A stretch of DNA of 56,108 nucleotides from Octopus bimaculoides (Eukaryota): assembly GCF_001194135.2 (NCBI RefSeq), contig NC_068990.1, positions 73,886,826-73,942,933 of the forward strand, written 5' to 3'. The notes under the pieces are model-generated. The model ran no database searches. It was not told the origin of the DNA and was given only the letters and a program-made list of their open reading frames with translations. Shown here one piece after another: positions 11,956 to 26,312 of this stretch (positions are counted from its first letter, which is position 1; each line of letters begins with the position of its first letter). The translations under genes were made by a program, and so were the position numbers.

Positions 11956-12021
11956 TACTACTACTACTACTACTACTACTACTACAATTACTACTACTAC
12001 TACTTATAATAATAATAATAG

Positions 12022-12520
12022 AGCTCAAACTGCAAAGAGTGGCAGAGTCGGAAACTGGCAAAATTCTCTGGGATTTCCCAATCCAAACAGATCAGGTGCT
12101 AGAGCATAACAGACCGGACCTAGTAGTGATGGACAAGGTGCACCACATATGCTATATAGCTGACGCTGTATGTCCCTTTGACCCTGAATAGTCAAGAAGG
12201 AAGGCAAAAAGATAGATAAATACAACCCTCTTAAGTATGAAATAGCCTGGCTATGGAAAATGAAGAAGGTGAAGATAGTACCAATTATTGTTGGGTTCTT
12301 GGGAACCAGTATCAGAAAGCATCAAGAGGAATGTAAAAGGAATTAGAATAGAATGCCCAGTAGGGAACTGTACAAAAGTTTTTCCACCTTGGCACAGCCA
12401 GAATAATCAAGAAAGTATTAGATAACTGAAAAGAAAGGATATCATGGTACTGTAGGCTGCAGGTAGTAAACCCATTATGCATGCAAGACTTCAGGAGCTC
12501 CAACAAAACTTGTAATAAAG
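12022..12520 (+). mobile_element. 5'-truncated R4/Dong element flanked by (TAA)n
   Basis: KILWDFPIQTDQVLEHNRPDLVVMDK...CYIADAVCPFD...KKIDKYNPLKYEIAWLWKMKKVKIVPIIVG. Confidence 0.9.
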
Positions 12521-12619
12521 AGATAATAATAATAATAATAATGATAATAATAACAATCATAATAATAATAATAATAATAATAACAACACCAACAATAATA
12601 ACAATAATAATAATAATAA

Positions 12620-12718
12620 CAACATACAGAAAGAGATCTTGTTAGAACTCTGACAATAGGTTGCTGCTTGCTCTCACGGAATCAACCAGTGCAAATAAAA
12701 CAGGGAACTCTGGGAAAT
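12620..12718 (+). mobile_element. R4/Dong 3'-UTR-only fragment in (TAA/CAA)n
   Basis: gaactctgacaataggttgctgcttgctc...gaatcaaccag is homologous to 11870-11920 and 19661-19710. Confidence 0.6.
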
Positions 12719-12988
12719 AAAATAATAATAACTCAGAACGCAATGAACCAGAGGAAATGCTGGTACGTACTTTGTCTGATGCGTGAATGATTCTGCTAGC
12801 ACGTTGCCTTCGATTCAATTATAATAATGAATACTAATGATGATTTTTATAATTAATATTATCATGCTTTAACTCTTTTGTTTCCCTATTTCTGTTGAAA
12901 TACATCGTCTTGGTTTCAAATTACATTTAAAAGGATAAAAATAATCAGTAAAATTACTTAGAACATAAATTAACATAAGATTTCAATA

Positions 12989-13398
12989 GCAGGAGTGGCT
13001 GTGTGGTAAGTAGCTTGTTTACCAACTACATGGTTCCGGGTTCAGTCCCACTGCATGGCACCTTGGGCAAGTGCCTTCTACTATAGCTTCGGGCTGACCA
13101 AAGCCTTGTGAGTGGATTTGGTAGATGGAAACTGAAAGTAGCCCGTCGTATATATGTATACATATATATATATGTGTGTCTGTGTCTGTCCCCCCCCCCA
13201 ACATCGCTTGACAACCGATGGTGGTGTGTTTACGTACCCGTAACTTAGCTGTTCGGCAAAAGAAACCGATAGAATAAGTACTAGGCTTCCAAAGAATAAG
13301 TCTTGGGATCAATTTGCTCGACTAAAGGCGGTGCTCCAGCATGGCCACAGTCAAATGACTGAAACAAGTAAAAGAGTAAAAGAGTAAAGAGTAAAGAG
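12989..13398 (+). mobile_element. SINE family A, near full length
   Basis: Colinear with 1181-1590. Confidence 0.9.
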
Positions 13399-13929
13399 CA
13401 GGTTTTAATTTAGACCCCTTTTAAACAGGAAATTTTTATCATAGAACAAGAGGCAGTCTCAGACATGTTGGTGGTATCAAACGGCATAATAACTATTTAT
13501 TTTCAACAGCTTTGCAAAAGACACCATTCTCACAAATCTTAATTTCTCTCTTTTCATTCAAATCTTAGGTCATTTTAAATGGAAATCTCAGCTGTCATTG
13601 TTATACCATTATATTATTAGTTTTAACTTTCACGTCTCACCTTGTCTGTCATCATATTTATTATTGCGTAGCAGAAAAGCAGAAATAGGTAATGAATTAG
13701 TAGAAATGTCAGTGCATTCAATAGAATTCTTTGTGTATTTTCCCTGAACTTCCTACACTCTGAGTTCAAATCCTACCAAGATCAGCTTTACTTCTTATCA
13801 TCTTGTGGTCAATAAAAAATGACCAGTCCAAGGCATTGAAATGTCAAAAATGTTTGAGGGTCAGGTGAAATACTTTGCAGTATCTGTTCCAGCAGTTTGC
13901 ATTTTGTCAGCAATGTATATAATGACACG

Positions 13930-14467
13930 GTGGAGGCACAATGGCCCAGTGGTTTGGGCAGTGGACTCGAGGTCATCGGATTACAGTTTCGATTCCCAGA
14001 CCGGAGGTTGTGGGTGTTTATTGAGCGAAAACACCTAAAAGCTCCATGAGGCTCTGGCAGGGGATGGTGGCGAACCCTGCTGTACTCTTCCACCACAACT
14101 TTCTCTCACTCTTACTTCCTGTTTCTGTTGTGCCTGTAATTCAAAGGGTCAGCCTTGTCACTATGTGTCACGCTGAATATCCCNNNNNNNNNNCCATGAG
14201 GCTCTGGCAGGGGATGGTGGCAAACCCTGCTGTACTCTTTCACCACAACTTTCTCCCACTCTTTCTTCTTGTTTCTTTGTACCTGTATTTCAAAGGGTCA
14301 GCCTTGTCACTATGTGTCACGCTGAATATCCCTGAGAACTACGTTAAGGGTACACATGTCTGTGGAGTGCTCAGCCACTTGCACGTTAATTTCACAAGTA
14401 GGCTGTTCTGTTGATTGGATCAACTGGAACCCTCGACGTCGTAAGCAACTGAGTGCCAACAACAACA
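13930..14467 (+). mobile_element. tRNA-headed SINE (family C) sharing its 3' half with family D; internal duplication across a 10-N gap
   Basis: tggcccagtgg and tttcgattccc boxes; 3' half (caaagggtcagccttg...caactggaaccct...gagtgcc) matches 54040-54210; (CAA)n tail. Confidence 0.8.
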
Positions 14468-15822
14468 ATATAATGACACAGGTGCTAAGCTATTTTGACC
14501 CAAATTGGTGACCTTTCCCTTGGATAAAAAATCAATGGACTAGAGAAGGGAGACTTGCATGTATAGGCATGTGCTAGTCTTCTGAAAGAATATCTTTCAC
14601 ATACATGTGTTGTTGACCTTGATTAGGTAGAAATCAAAGTAGAAAATCATTCCCAAGATTGCATTGTATGTTTATCTGAGAAAATTCATATAGATAAATT
14701 TGAAAATCATTTTTGCAGAATTGTACGTGCAATAAAAAACACAATCCTTACAAATAAGACTCTGCCTTCAGAAAATAAAGTCTTTAGCTTGTGATGTCAT
14801 TATCATCATTAACGCCATTGCCATCATCATTGTCATCGTCATCGTCGTCATCATCATCATCATCCTCATCATCATCATCATCATCATCATCATCTTCATC
14901 ATTTCTCATCATCAACATCTCTCATCAGCACCATCACAACCTCTCGCATCATCACCACCACTTCCATCATCACCATTATCATTGTCTCCTTTTCTTCTTC
15001 TTCTTTTTCAAAGACACCATTTTCATTTGTGGTAGATTCATAAATATGATGGCCTAGTTTGTATAACTATTAATTTTTTTTTTCTGTTGATAATTCTATT
15101 CTGCTCTTAATTTTTTCAATGTTATTGAAAACACATTCCAAACTGGTTAATATCTATGAAAATGTATTAATTCCTATTTTCATTCGTCGTCATCATCATC
15201 ATCATCATCATTGTTGCTGTCATTATCATCATCTTTATTATAAACTCTATTTTCATTTTCTTAAATATGATGATCTAGCTCATTTAATACTTTTTTTCAG
15301 TTTTGTGATAATTTCATTTAAAATAAGTTATTATTACTATTATTTAATTTTTTCCCAATGTTCTTGAAAACCCAATTCAAAATGGTTAATATCTATTAAA
15401 ATCTCTTAATCTTTTTCATTTTTTTTTACACATACATCTTTTTATATAAAGTTTTCTCTTTGCAAGTTGAGGATAGGTGAGAAAAATTTAGTTTAGTAAG
15501 AACTTCCATATTTTCATTTAGCAATAATGCAAAATTTTATTATCTTTTTTTAAAACTGAGAAAATTTAGATTTGCTATTTTAATATTTTTTCCCATTTTA
15601 TAACAAAATATTTTCTGTAAAAGTTAGTTTTTTTTTGCTATTTTTTAAACTAAGCTTTCTTCTGATTCTGATTAATTTTAATTCAGAAATACATTCATTA
15701 AAATCGTGAAAGAGAGAAAGAGAGAGAGAGAGAGAGATCTAAAATTTTGCCTTTTGTACTTATAGTTTTCATTCTTATTGCCAGTCTTCTTATTTTGCCT
15801 TTTATAGTTTGTTGTGCCTCTT

Positions 15823-16050
<228 letters not shown>

Positions 16051-16479
16051 AGTCTATTATGCTTGAAGAAAAATAAATTAATATATTTATTTTGGAAAGT
16101 TGAGGTTTAAAATTACTGAAATATAAAGTAGAAATGCAAAATAATTATAGGAATTAGAAATTAGTATAAAATAAAATACTGAAAAGAACGACAGAATGAA
16201 AAAACTAAAACCATATCAATAAATGAAAACAATCAAAATATGTGAAAGATACATAAAACAAAGTATGTTTCTTGTGGTTTTCAAATTGTTTCATATTATA
16301 TTAATTTTTTTCAATTCTCTTACAGAAAATGATATAGTTTTTAAAGTTTCATCAAGCATTAATTAAGATTAGCTCTAATATATAGACATACTAACACATG
16401 TGAACACAAACACACACATGCTCACACATATACATTATGCATACATATATGTATTTGTATTTGTTCCCATCTATCTCTG

Positions 16480-16790
16480 TAACTGGGCCCACCATGTCCA
16501 GTTTCCTCCATGAGGCATCCTCATAACCTGCTATCTTTCTAACTGCAGTATTCTGCAGCTGCTATTAAATGTTAGCAAAACTACATATCTTACCAGTATT
16601 TCCCCAATGCTATTTAAGTTTTTCACTATCCGGCAACATTTCACTTGATATCCATCATTCATTCTTGACACAGTCTTCGCCATCAACATTTTACATTGAT
16701 CATCATCCTGAGATACCAAATTATCTTGCTTCTACCACTATAAAACTTTCTCCTCATTCACTACACCTGTCTCTCCACACGTTTTGGACT
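16480..16790 (-). mobile_element. Possible decayed RTE LINE 3' fragment
   Basis: VSRMNDGYQVKCCRIV weakly resembles the RTE C-terminal HVMRM...VKKC region. Confidence 0.3.
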
Positions 16791-16803
16791 TACCTAAACA
16801 CAT

Positions 16804-16843
<40 letters not shown>

Positions 16844-17156
16844 TCTCTCCCATCCCCTCTCATCCTCCTCCCCATCTACTGAATCATTATTACAATTCTG
16901 TTGCTTTGCACCCTAATCCTCTTTCTACACTATCATTATTGTGTTCTGGGAGCTATGCTAAAACATTCTTCCCAAAATTTCAACTATGGGAATATCCTCT
17001 TTATATCCATTCACAGTGGTATTATATTTATAAAAGGGATAAAAAAAAATATGGGAATTCAAAATGTTCTTGATCTTCTCCCGAGCATTCATAGATTAGG
17101 CAAAGTGATTAGCATTAACCAGGAATCAATAATCGCTCATAGACTTCCTTCATTAC

Positions 17157-17530
17157 CAAGTTGGCAGAATTGTTAGACGGTATACAGAGTGCCTTGCAGT
17201 ATTTGTTCTGGATCTCTGCTGTCTGAGTTCAAATTCTGCCAAAGTTAACTTCACTTTCACCCTTTCTTGCTGATAAAATAAAATACCAACAGAGGGCTGT
17301 TGGTTAATGTTTTGGCAGGGAACTGGTAGAATTGTTAGCATGCAGGACAAAATGCTTAATGGTATTTTGCTCGTTGCTATGTCCTGAGCTAAAATTCTGT
17401 CAAAGTTGACTTTGTCTTTCATCCTTTCAAGGTCGATAAATTAAGTACCAGTGAAACACTGAGATTGATGTAATCAACAAGTCCTTTCCCCACACGTTTC
17501 AGGCCTTGTGCCTTTAGTAGAAAAGATTAG
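17157..17530 (+). mobile_element. Two tandem SINE family B copies (about 17157-17290 and 17320-17530)
   Basis: tggcagaattgttag, gagttcaaattctgcc, ctttcatcctttc, ttcaggccttgtgcc. Confidence 0.85.
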
Positions 17531-18303
17531 TGTCAGACAAGAAATTTGGCAATATTTGCTCTGGGTCTTTGCATTCTGAGATTTAGGGCAGCAACCATAA
17601 TCCCTTGATTAGTTTAAAACCATCATCTAATCCTTGGATACCATTACAGATGCTTGCTATACCAAAAGCATTTGAAACAGGCTAACAGTTTCAAGATAAA
17701 TCACTTCATTTATTTTTGGAGTTTTGGAGGTCCGTAACAAAGGTGTTGTGGACAATGTCCTTCTTTTTCTAAACAGACAGGTGAAAGAAATTTTTACCTT
17801 CTGGTTTATGGCAGTTTATAATAAATTCAGACTACATTAAGTAAATCAAAGCATGCATTATTTCTTATAACCACTGTATTTTCTGGTGTATAACAACCTC
17901 AGTTAATAGTTAATAGATATAATAACTAAAAAAAAACAAATAAATATATTCTTTAATATTTAATGATATTATATGATCCCAATCGAGAATATAAATACAT
18001 GAAATAAATTTGATACAACTTCCTGTGGTGACAATATATTCAAGTCTTTAGAACATGAAGGGAAAATAGTCGGAAAATGTATGATCTCATGCATATTGAA
18101 ATTTTCTGGATGATCTCTCAAAGAAAATCTCATGCACGAACACATAATTCTTTCATTTTGCTTGCTCTCTCTCTCTCTCTCTCACCACCTCTCTCTCTCT
18201 CACCACCTCTCTCCCTTTAAGTAATAGATAATACATACATACATATTATCATATGCATATACACACATATATATAAACACACACACTAGCATATATATAT
18301 GTA

Positions 18304-18343
<40 letters not shown>

Positions 18344-18473
18344 GTATAGTATGTGCATGTTTACTGATGAATTGTGTCCTACATAGATGTATATGTCAAT
18401 CCATATGTATACATGCATGCATGCACATATGAACACATACATATACCTAAGTGTATATGCATATGTATGAGTA

Positions 18474-18474
<1 letters not shown>

Positions 18475-18552
<78 letters not shown>
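18475..18552. repeat. (GT)n microsatellite
   Basis: Direct reading. Confidence 0.97.
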
Positions 18553-18553
<1 letters not shown>

Positions 18554-19269
18554 CAAATTTAAGAATCAGAATATCAGTACAGAAGACAAAAGGAAAACAG
18601 CATCATTATTAGCTTCATTCACAGTAAGAGACCAGAATATTGGTCATCGACGGCCTGAGCTTGTGTTTTTCATCAGTTACATAGTTAAAAGATGAAGCAG
18701 AGTATACATTGATAGTAATATAAATATTATGGTGGAAAAGAAAGAAAAATGAAGCACACAATATGTGTAATACTGAGATGATTTATATAATTGTAATAAT
18801 ATATCATAATTTCTCAGAGTATTACTACTGCAAGTTTCAGGTTGTAGCTTCTATCAGAGAGCAGAAGTATGGATACTTAATGAGCTGATTGTAATTATGA
18901 AAGCCACAGTTTGAAACTTGCTGTAATGATGTCTGTATAAGGTATAATAATGATGATGATGATGATGATCTTATAATAATTCTGCTTGTCGCTCCATTAC
19001 TTAGCCCATTCGTAATGCTTCTGTGTGATTAATTAAAGGGGGGGGAGAATGGAAAGGAGAGGGGAAGGGAAGTNNNNNNNNNNNNNNNNNNNNNNNNNNN
19101 NNNNAGAAGTGGTGGTGAGTGAAATGTGTTTTTTTCTGGGGTTTTTTTAAACTGTTTCTCCTCCATTACTTAGCCCGTCTGTAACGCTTTCACACGATTA
19201 GTTGAAAGGAAAGACGAACAGCAAAAAAAAAAAAAAAAAAAGGAGAGAGAAAAAGAAAGTAAGTGAATC

Positions 19270-19960
19270 CTTGCTTGCTAGTGTTAGAAATAATAACATG
19301 ATACTTACCAAAAACGCAACGCACCTAAAGACATTTGAGAAACAAAATGAAGAACAAAGAATAGACAATTGGTAAATGAAAACAATGTAAGGGCAATTCC
19401 ACAGAGAAATTGAATGGAAAAACAAGACCAACACTTGGAGACAGCTAAGAAAAAGTGATCTGAAAGGACGCACTAAGGCACTGATATGCAGCCCCTAGGA
19501 ACAAGCTCTGAAAACTGATTACACCAAGTTACAAATAGATAAGCGCAGTGAATCGTCCCTTTGAAGGATGTGTAGCAGCAAAAATGAAACAATCTCATAT
19601 ATATATATATAAGTTCACATCCAAGTAACAAAGCTTATAATTTGTGGAAGGAGACTTTGTGAAACCTCTGACAACAGATTGTTGTCCGTTCTCACAGAAT
19701 CAACTGGAACAAGTAAGGCTGAGAGCTCTGAGAAGTAAAATAATAAGCCAATAAATACAACCCTCTTATGTATGAAATCGGCTGGCCATGGAAAATGAAG
19801 GTGAAGATAGTGCCAATTATTGTTGGGTTCCCGGGAACCAGTATCAGAAGGCATCAAGGGGAATATAAAGGAAACTGGAATAGAGTGCCCAGTAGAACTG
19901 TTACAAAAAGTTTGCCTCCTTTGCGTGACCAGAATAATCAGGAAATGAAAAGGTATTCAT
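19270..19960 (+). mobile_element. Three juxtaposed R4/Dong pieces (zinc-knuckle region; 3' UTR; RLE C-terminus)
   Basis: LRKSDLKGRTKALICSP*EQALKT...IDKRSESSL*RMCSSKNETISHI (about 19440-19600); 19661-19745 matches 11870-11955; 19750-19950 matches 12215-12420. Confidence 0.8.
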
Positions 19961-20328
19961 TCTACCATAATCCAGTCATTTTGTATATCTTTGTCTAGAT
20001 TGTCCATTATTTTACGTTTTTGTGTCTGCATGGTATGGTTTGAAAGTCTTCACCGTTATTTCTAGCAGGAAGGAGACAGAAACAATTCAAAAGCCATGGG
20101 GTTTCTTACATCCCAGGACAGCTTAATTTTTGGTGTCCTAGCATGTGTGATATTTAAACATTTTCACTGGGAGGTGAAATGGCAAATGAACAAATAGAAA
20201 GTTTATTTTAATACACAAAGTCATAGGGAACAGTTCAAAAGCTCTGCCAAAATTTTGAATCCATTAATTAATATATGACAAGAGAAGAAGAAAGAGAAAG
20301 AGTGGGAGAGGGGGAAAGGGGAGAGAGG

Positions 20329-20360
<32 letters not shown>

Positions 20361-20519
20361 AACTAGATGCATATTGCTGGCAAAGATCTTGATACATTTT
20401 TTTTTACAAGCATACACTAAATAGAAGATGAGTAAACGAAAGAATGTTCAAAGTTGTCTTTGATCTCTTATACATGTAATGAATTTTCTCTTTATAAATT
20501 AAAGAATATGACCACAGAA

Positions 20520-21700
20520 CAGCTGCTGAAAGCATAAATTATCCTTGCTAAAACACTTTTCTCATCTTTAGATCTGGAAATGTTTTCATAACATTTTATA
20601 TATATATCTATTTGTTACATTATCATTTTCTATTGACAAAATTGCTAAAGAATTTAATCTGTCTTGCGTCAGGTACGACCGCAAATATGTCTTTATAAAC
20701 TTTAGTTTACTAAAGCTTCTCTCTCTCATGGCCACAGTTATAGATATCATAATCATTTTTCTTAATGCAACCCACAGATTTGGCATGACATCCTGTAACT
20801 TATTACTGCTGATGAATCTAACGGCTTCCATCGGAAGCTTTACATCTTCAGGAAATAATTCTTTTACAATATTGAGTTCAGTCAAGAGATCACATCCGTT
20901 AATATCACTATTTCTTGGTACTTTAACTTATTCTCCAAGCCTTGACATGCTAATCGCAGTTTATTTTTATCGAGCAAATCTTTTATGTTATTTAAGACTT
21001 CCTATATATTATCGAAACTTTGTAGTTGTTCAAAACTCACTGATAAAGAATTAATAGCTACATCAAGTATTACATTGACTAAATGATTTTTTAATCTTAT
21101 TTCTGGGTCGTCTGTATTTGGAATCTTCTCAATGTTTTGCTATTCAACTGCATATTTTTCAGCATATATTTTCGATCTTAAAAATGGGTTCTAAATCAAA
21201 TTCTCAATTAATACCTTTAGCTGTTAATAGTGCTCTTTAATATCGATTTTTCTAATTACCAATTAAGTAATTAATGACACCGTTCATTAATAAAACTTTG
21301 ACAATCTTTTCTTCAGAAATGACATGTAAAAATTTTGCTGAAAATATATATTCTGCCTAAGACATCATACCAGACATCTGTCATCATTAGAAAACTGTGA
21401 TTTTCTTTTCGGGTTCAAGAATTTCTGCTCCATCTGGTTTTATATCTTTACACGAGATTGTCCAAGCAAACCAAGGTATATAATAATACTGGATGCTTTC
21501 TCATTTTGTTTATATCATCTGCCCTGAGCATATTTGCCCCAGTACCACATTTTGATCTGCCCAAGCCCAAACAGTTTACTTTTACCACTGGTATCCATTC
21601 TGACTGGATGTTACATTTTGTACCCTAAAGGCAAAAGAGCTTTGGCTTTACATTTCCAGACAACCATGAGTAATGAATGGTTAATAGTGCTTTCTGCTTT
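20520..21700 (-). pseudogene. hAT transposase remnant including the C-terminal dimerisation domain
   Basis: PNLWVALRKMIMISITVAMRERSFSKLKFIKTYLRSYLTQDRLNSLAILSIE (20586-20885); weaker GANM remnant at about 21530. Confidence 0.85.
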
Positions 21701-21797
21701 GAAAGAACAAGATTTTATATAAAAATGTTGGAGAACTTTGCATGCGCAAGCATGGCTATTAATTTTAAATGATGTATTTTACTTATTTGTGTGTCTC

Positions 21798-21840
<43 letters not shown>

Positions 21841-21892
21841 NNNNNNNNNNNNNNNNNNNNNNNNNNNNNNNNNNNNNNNNNNNNNNNNNNNN

Positions 21893-21902
21893 ATAGATAG
21901 AC

Positions 21903-21953
<51 letters not shown>
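21893..21953. repeat. (GATA)n microsatellite
   Basis: Direct reading. Confidence 0.95.
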
Positions 21954-21957
<4 letters not shown>

Positions 21958-21966
21958 TGTTATATA

Positions 21967-22235
21967 TCATCATCATCATCGTTTAACGTCCGCTTTCCAT
22001 GCTAGCATGGGTTGGACGATTTGACTGAGGACTGGCAAGCCAGAAGGCTGCACCGGGCTCCAATCTGATCTGGCAGAGTTTCTACAGCTGGATGCCCTTC
22101 CTAACGCCAACTACTCAGAGAGTGTAGTGGGTGCTTTTACATGCCAGTCACACAATACTAGCAACGGCCACACTCAAAAGCTGTTTTTTACATGCCACCT
22201 GCACGGGAGCCAGTCCAGTGGCACTGGCAACGACT
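21967..22235 (-). mobile_element. Family E retroposon ((GAT)n tail, ccatgctagcatgg palindrome)
   Basis: Homologous to 55017-55131, 22841-22955 and 36705-36895. Confidence 0.8.
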
Positions 22236-22840
22236 GTGTACTGGGTGATTTTACTCTACCATCAGCACCAGTGATGTTGCCATGTAACTTGCAAGACAGG
22301 AACAGAACCAGAAAATGGCTTCTCCACTAAATGAAGAAGAGTACATGAAATGAGGAGGGGAGGTGACTTTATGCTAGGTGTTGAAAGGCTATGGTATGAT
22401 AGGTCAAGCACAGGTGTCTCACTATAGAAGAGATACATAGCTACCCTGTGTTATATTTGGGTGACCTGTAGTAGCTGGGAAAAAGATAAAGACAGTAGTG
22501 ATGGGGTGCCAGAGCAAACCCTCAAGGTACAAGAAGGTGGGCATAAAAGAGAATACAAAGAGAGAACTAGGGGGAAGGAGAGAAGGTAGGTCTATAACAG
22601 TGTGAGGGAAGAGTAATAGATGGTTAGGGATGTGGTAGAGGTAAATGTAGAGAGTGATTCATGAGAGTGGAGATGTAGTTGATAGAAAAAATCCTGTATG
22701 GAGAAGGAGTGATGTGAGAGAGGTGGAAGTGGATCAGAAAGGAAGATAAATCATGTATCAGGGGTGATGATGTGCAAGGTATAGAAGCTATGCAAAGAGA
22801 CATGCATAGATATACAAAGCTATATACACACACACACACA

Positions 22841-22955
22841 CCTGTGTGGTGCCATGTAAAAGTGCCCATGTGGTGCCATACAAAAGCACCCAACACACTC
22901 TGTAAAGAGGTTGATGTTAGGAAGGGCATCCAGCTGTAGAAACCATGCCAAAACA
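22841..22955 (+). mobile_element. Family E fragment
   Basis: aaaagcacccaacacactct...taggaagggcatccagctgtagaaac. Confidence 0.7.
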
Positions 22956-23269
22956 TGGCTTACTAGTGCAAATCACTAACTTCTTCCTGTTATTTTTCCT
23001 CCATTTACTTCTTGTATATATATATATTTATATGTGCCTGTGTGTGTGTGTAGATATATCTTTGTAGATATATCATTGGCTGAACATTAAAACCACTGTG
23101 TGTACATACACGTCTGCAGATATTGCAGACCAAGCTTTACCCATTCACTAAACTAGCAGTGTGGTTATAAGCAGCTTGTATGATATGAATTCCGTATGAA
23201 AAATGCATGTTTTTTTTTTTCAATTCTACTCATTACTTCACTTATTTCCTCTATTGATAACGACGACAG

Positions 23270-23465
23270 GCACTGATTTACCAACTGACCTTCCATATCT
23301 TACATGCCTTAAACAAGGATTTGACACATACCTTTGATAGTAGTCTTGGTTTCTGCTAGGAGTGCTTTCCACGCACAAGTTTACCATGTAGCATCTGCTT
23401 AGGGATTCTCTGGTCATTCATCTGAACAAGGTCTCCAGTCCAACATAAACAGTGCTTGTGTGCAT
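23270..23465 (-). mobile_element. RTE (BovB-like) LINE C-terminal fragment
   Basis: LCWTGDLVQMNDQRIPKQMLHGKLVRGKHS resembles LRWAGHVVRM..RLPKQLLYGEL..G. Confidence 0.75.
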
Positions 23466-24399
23466 TCCAACTCAAATATATACATACATACATACATGCA
23501 TACATATACACATACACACATATATACATACATGCATACATACATACATACATACATACATACATGCATACATACATGTAAATACACACACACACATACA
23601 AACATCCATATATACATACATATATATGATCACACACAGATATATACATATACTTATATACTTGCATATATACATATGCATATACATATATACATACATA
23701 CATACATACATACATAATTACATATATATATGTATACATATGTATATGTATGTATATATATATATGTATATATGCATATATATATANNNNNNNNNNNNNN
23801 NNNNNNNNNNNNNNNNNNNNNNNNNNNNNNNNNNNNNNNNNNNNNNNNNNNNNNNNNNNNNNNNNNNNNNNNNNNNNNNNNNNNNNNNNNNNNNNNNNNN
23901 NNNNNNNNNNNNNNTATATACATATATATATATATAAATGCACACACACATAATTGTTCCTTTATTCTTCTTCTTGCCACTCATATAATTTTCTCCTTCA
24001 TGGCTCATTTAGTTTGCTTGTGTGATTTTATTCAGAAATACATTAATATAATAAAATACTTGCAGTTCAAAAAGAGGTTACAATGTTTATTAAATTGATC
24101 ATTCCTATGTATTCCATTTGACTACAAGTATGAAATTTAATTCGTATATTTTTACATTTAATTATCTCTCTCTCCTTCTTGCCGTGTCTCTCACTGGCTC
24201 TGGTAGTCTCATGCACCTTCTCCCTTACTCTTCCTTCCCCCTTCCTCCCTTCCTCCACCCCTCCTTCTTAGTCTCTCTCACTGTGTATGTGTGGGTGTCT
24301 GTCTGTCTCTCTCTCTTTCTCTCTCTCTCTTTATATATATATATATACATATAAATATATGTATATATGTATGTATGCATATACATATATATATACATA

Positions 24400-24580
24400 T
24401 ACAGGGTGATTCAAAAGTTGCCATACATAGGAACAATTTATCTTTTATAAGAAACAGTTCATAAGAGCAGTTCTTTTTTATTTAACAGGCTCTATATGGT
24501 TACCATTGTTTTGAATACACATTGCAATACGTTTACCCCACACATTGTGAACCCGTAATACTACATCTGGCGATACGTGT
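24400..24580 (-). mobile_element. Tc1/mariner 3' end with TIR
   Basis: TA+CAGGGTGATTCAAAAG TIR; minus strand VWGKRIAMCIQNNGNHIEPVK* transposase terminus. Confidence 0.75.
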
Positions 24581-24589
24581 GCAAATGAG

Positions 24590-25035
24590 TATGGGAGTAT
24601 GCAATGCTGTATGGGACTGAGACATGGTGTCTGAGGGAAAGTGAAATGGCAATTATGAGAAGGACTGAGAGAGCAATGGTGAGAGAAATGTGTGGTGTGA
24701 AACTATTGGATAAAAGGAGGGCTGAGGACTTGATGGGAATGCTGGGGCTGGAGGAATTGTTGGAACAGCTCACAAGGGTGAATGAAGTGCAGTGGTATGG
24801 ATATGTGCTGAGGAGGGATGAGGATCATGTTCCGAGGAGAGTGCTTGAATTTAAAGTGAATGAACCATGAAAATGAGGTCGACCAAAGAAAATGTAGAGG
24901 AGGAGATTGGGTTGGCTTGAGGAGGGAGGATGCCCAAAAGTGGGCAAGATGGTGAGATCGTGTGAGAGAAGTTGCTGTAAGAGAGAAGTTGCTGTATCCC
25001 GCCACCCCCGTTAATAGGGGCAAACCCAAATTTTA
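24590..25035 (+). mobile_element. RTE LINE 3' fragment
   Basis: MLYGTETW...RRTERAMVREMCGV...WYGYVLRRDEDHVPRRVLEF followed by GRPKK; (CATT)n nearby. Confidence 0.9.
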
Positions 25036-25067
25036 AAAATATTGGTATTCATTCATTCATTCATTCT

Positions 25068-25295
25068 AGTACTCCACAGATGCCTGTACTCTTAAGGAAG
25101 ATTCAGGAAGATTCAGCACGACACAGAATGTGAAAAGGCTTGCCCTATGAATTACAGGTACTACTCATGTTTACCAGCTGATTAGAATGGAGCAATGTGA
25201 AATAATGTGTCTTGCTCAAGGACACAGTGTGCCACTGTGAATTGAACTCATGACCTTATGCTTGTGAGATGAATAAACTAACCACTAAAATGACA
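25068..25295 (-). mobile_element. SINE family D
   Basis: gagcaatgtgaaataatgtgtcttgctcaaggacaca...gaattgaactcatgacc. Confidence 0.8.
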
Positions 25296-25914
25296 TAAAT
25301 GACTCAAGGTTCAAAAGTTTTGCATATTACACTTAACAAGTAATAAGTACAATGAATGCATTCATACAACTTTATAGCTGATCATATGATCCACGGGCTT
25401 GGTTATTCCAGGAACAGCTGTAATAGGTTTTACCTATTTATCACAACTACTCTGCACTGTATTTTCTATTTAAATTAATTTTTTTTTTTTTGAATGATGC
25501 CAAAGACTTTTACATTTTCATTCTCTATTCTGATTTATATACACCTGCTCAAGGAGCACCACCTTTGATGGACAATTTCAGTACCACATTTTTCAGTTGT
25601 CGTTCAAGCCAGCACTGAGTACATACCTAATACATTATGTCAATTGTATATTCTCTCCATCCCTATATATATATATATATNNNNNNNNNNNNNNNNNNNN
25701 NNNNNNNNNNNNNNNNNNNNNNNNNNNNNNNNNNNNNNNNNNNNNNNNNNNNNNNNNNNNNNNNNNNNNNNNNNNNNNNNNNNNNNNNNNNNCATGCATA
25801 TATATATATGCATATATATATATTTAAAGGGAATAATTATTAAATTTTTCCCTTATGAGGTTTTTCATGCTAACTACTTGATAAATTCTTATAAAGATTT
25901 CATCCTATTTTTAA

Positions 25915-25994
<80 letters not shown>

Positions 25995-26232
25995 TATATG
26001 TACACACACATATATAGTATAGAGCGAGGTCGGGTGGGGGTGTGAAGTTGAGGTATTTCCAGAGAAGCACTTGACCCAAATACTGGATTATATTGGATTA
26101 TATATATATATATGTATATATATAATGGTGCAAAGGCCCATCTTATTCTGAAGATGGACCTTTGTGCCTGAAATATAAAGTTTTATAAAACTTTCTGCAT
26201 TGTCAGAAGCTTTCTGTTTTCTCTTTTTTTAC

Positions 26233-26292
<60 letters not shown>

Positions 26293-26312
26293 ATTATTAT
26301 TATTATTATTAT

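Noticed and set aside
13569-13688. 120-nt open segment between a strong acceptor and GTAATG; similar candidates at 30931-30987 (-) and 6990-7042 (-)
   Set aside because: Peptides are unrecognisable, and joining the candidates gives no coherent protein; expected by chance in AT-rich DNA.
14045-14335. ~140-bp duplication across a 10-N gap within SINE C
   Set aside because: The position at a contig join suggests a scaffolding overlap or mis-join of two repeat copies; cannot be taken as a real tandem duplication without long reads.
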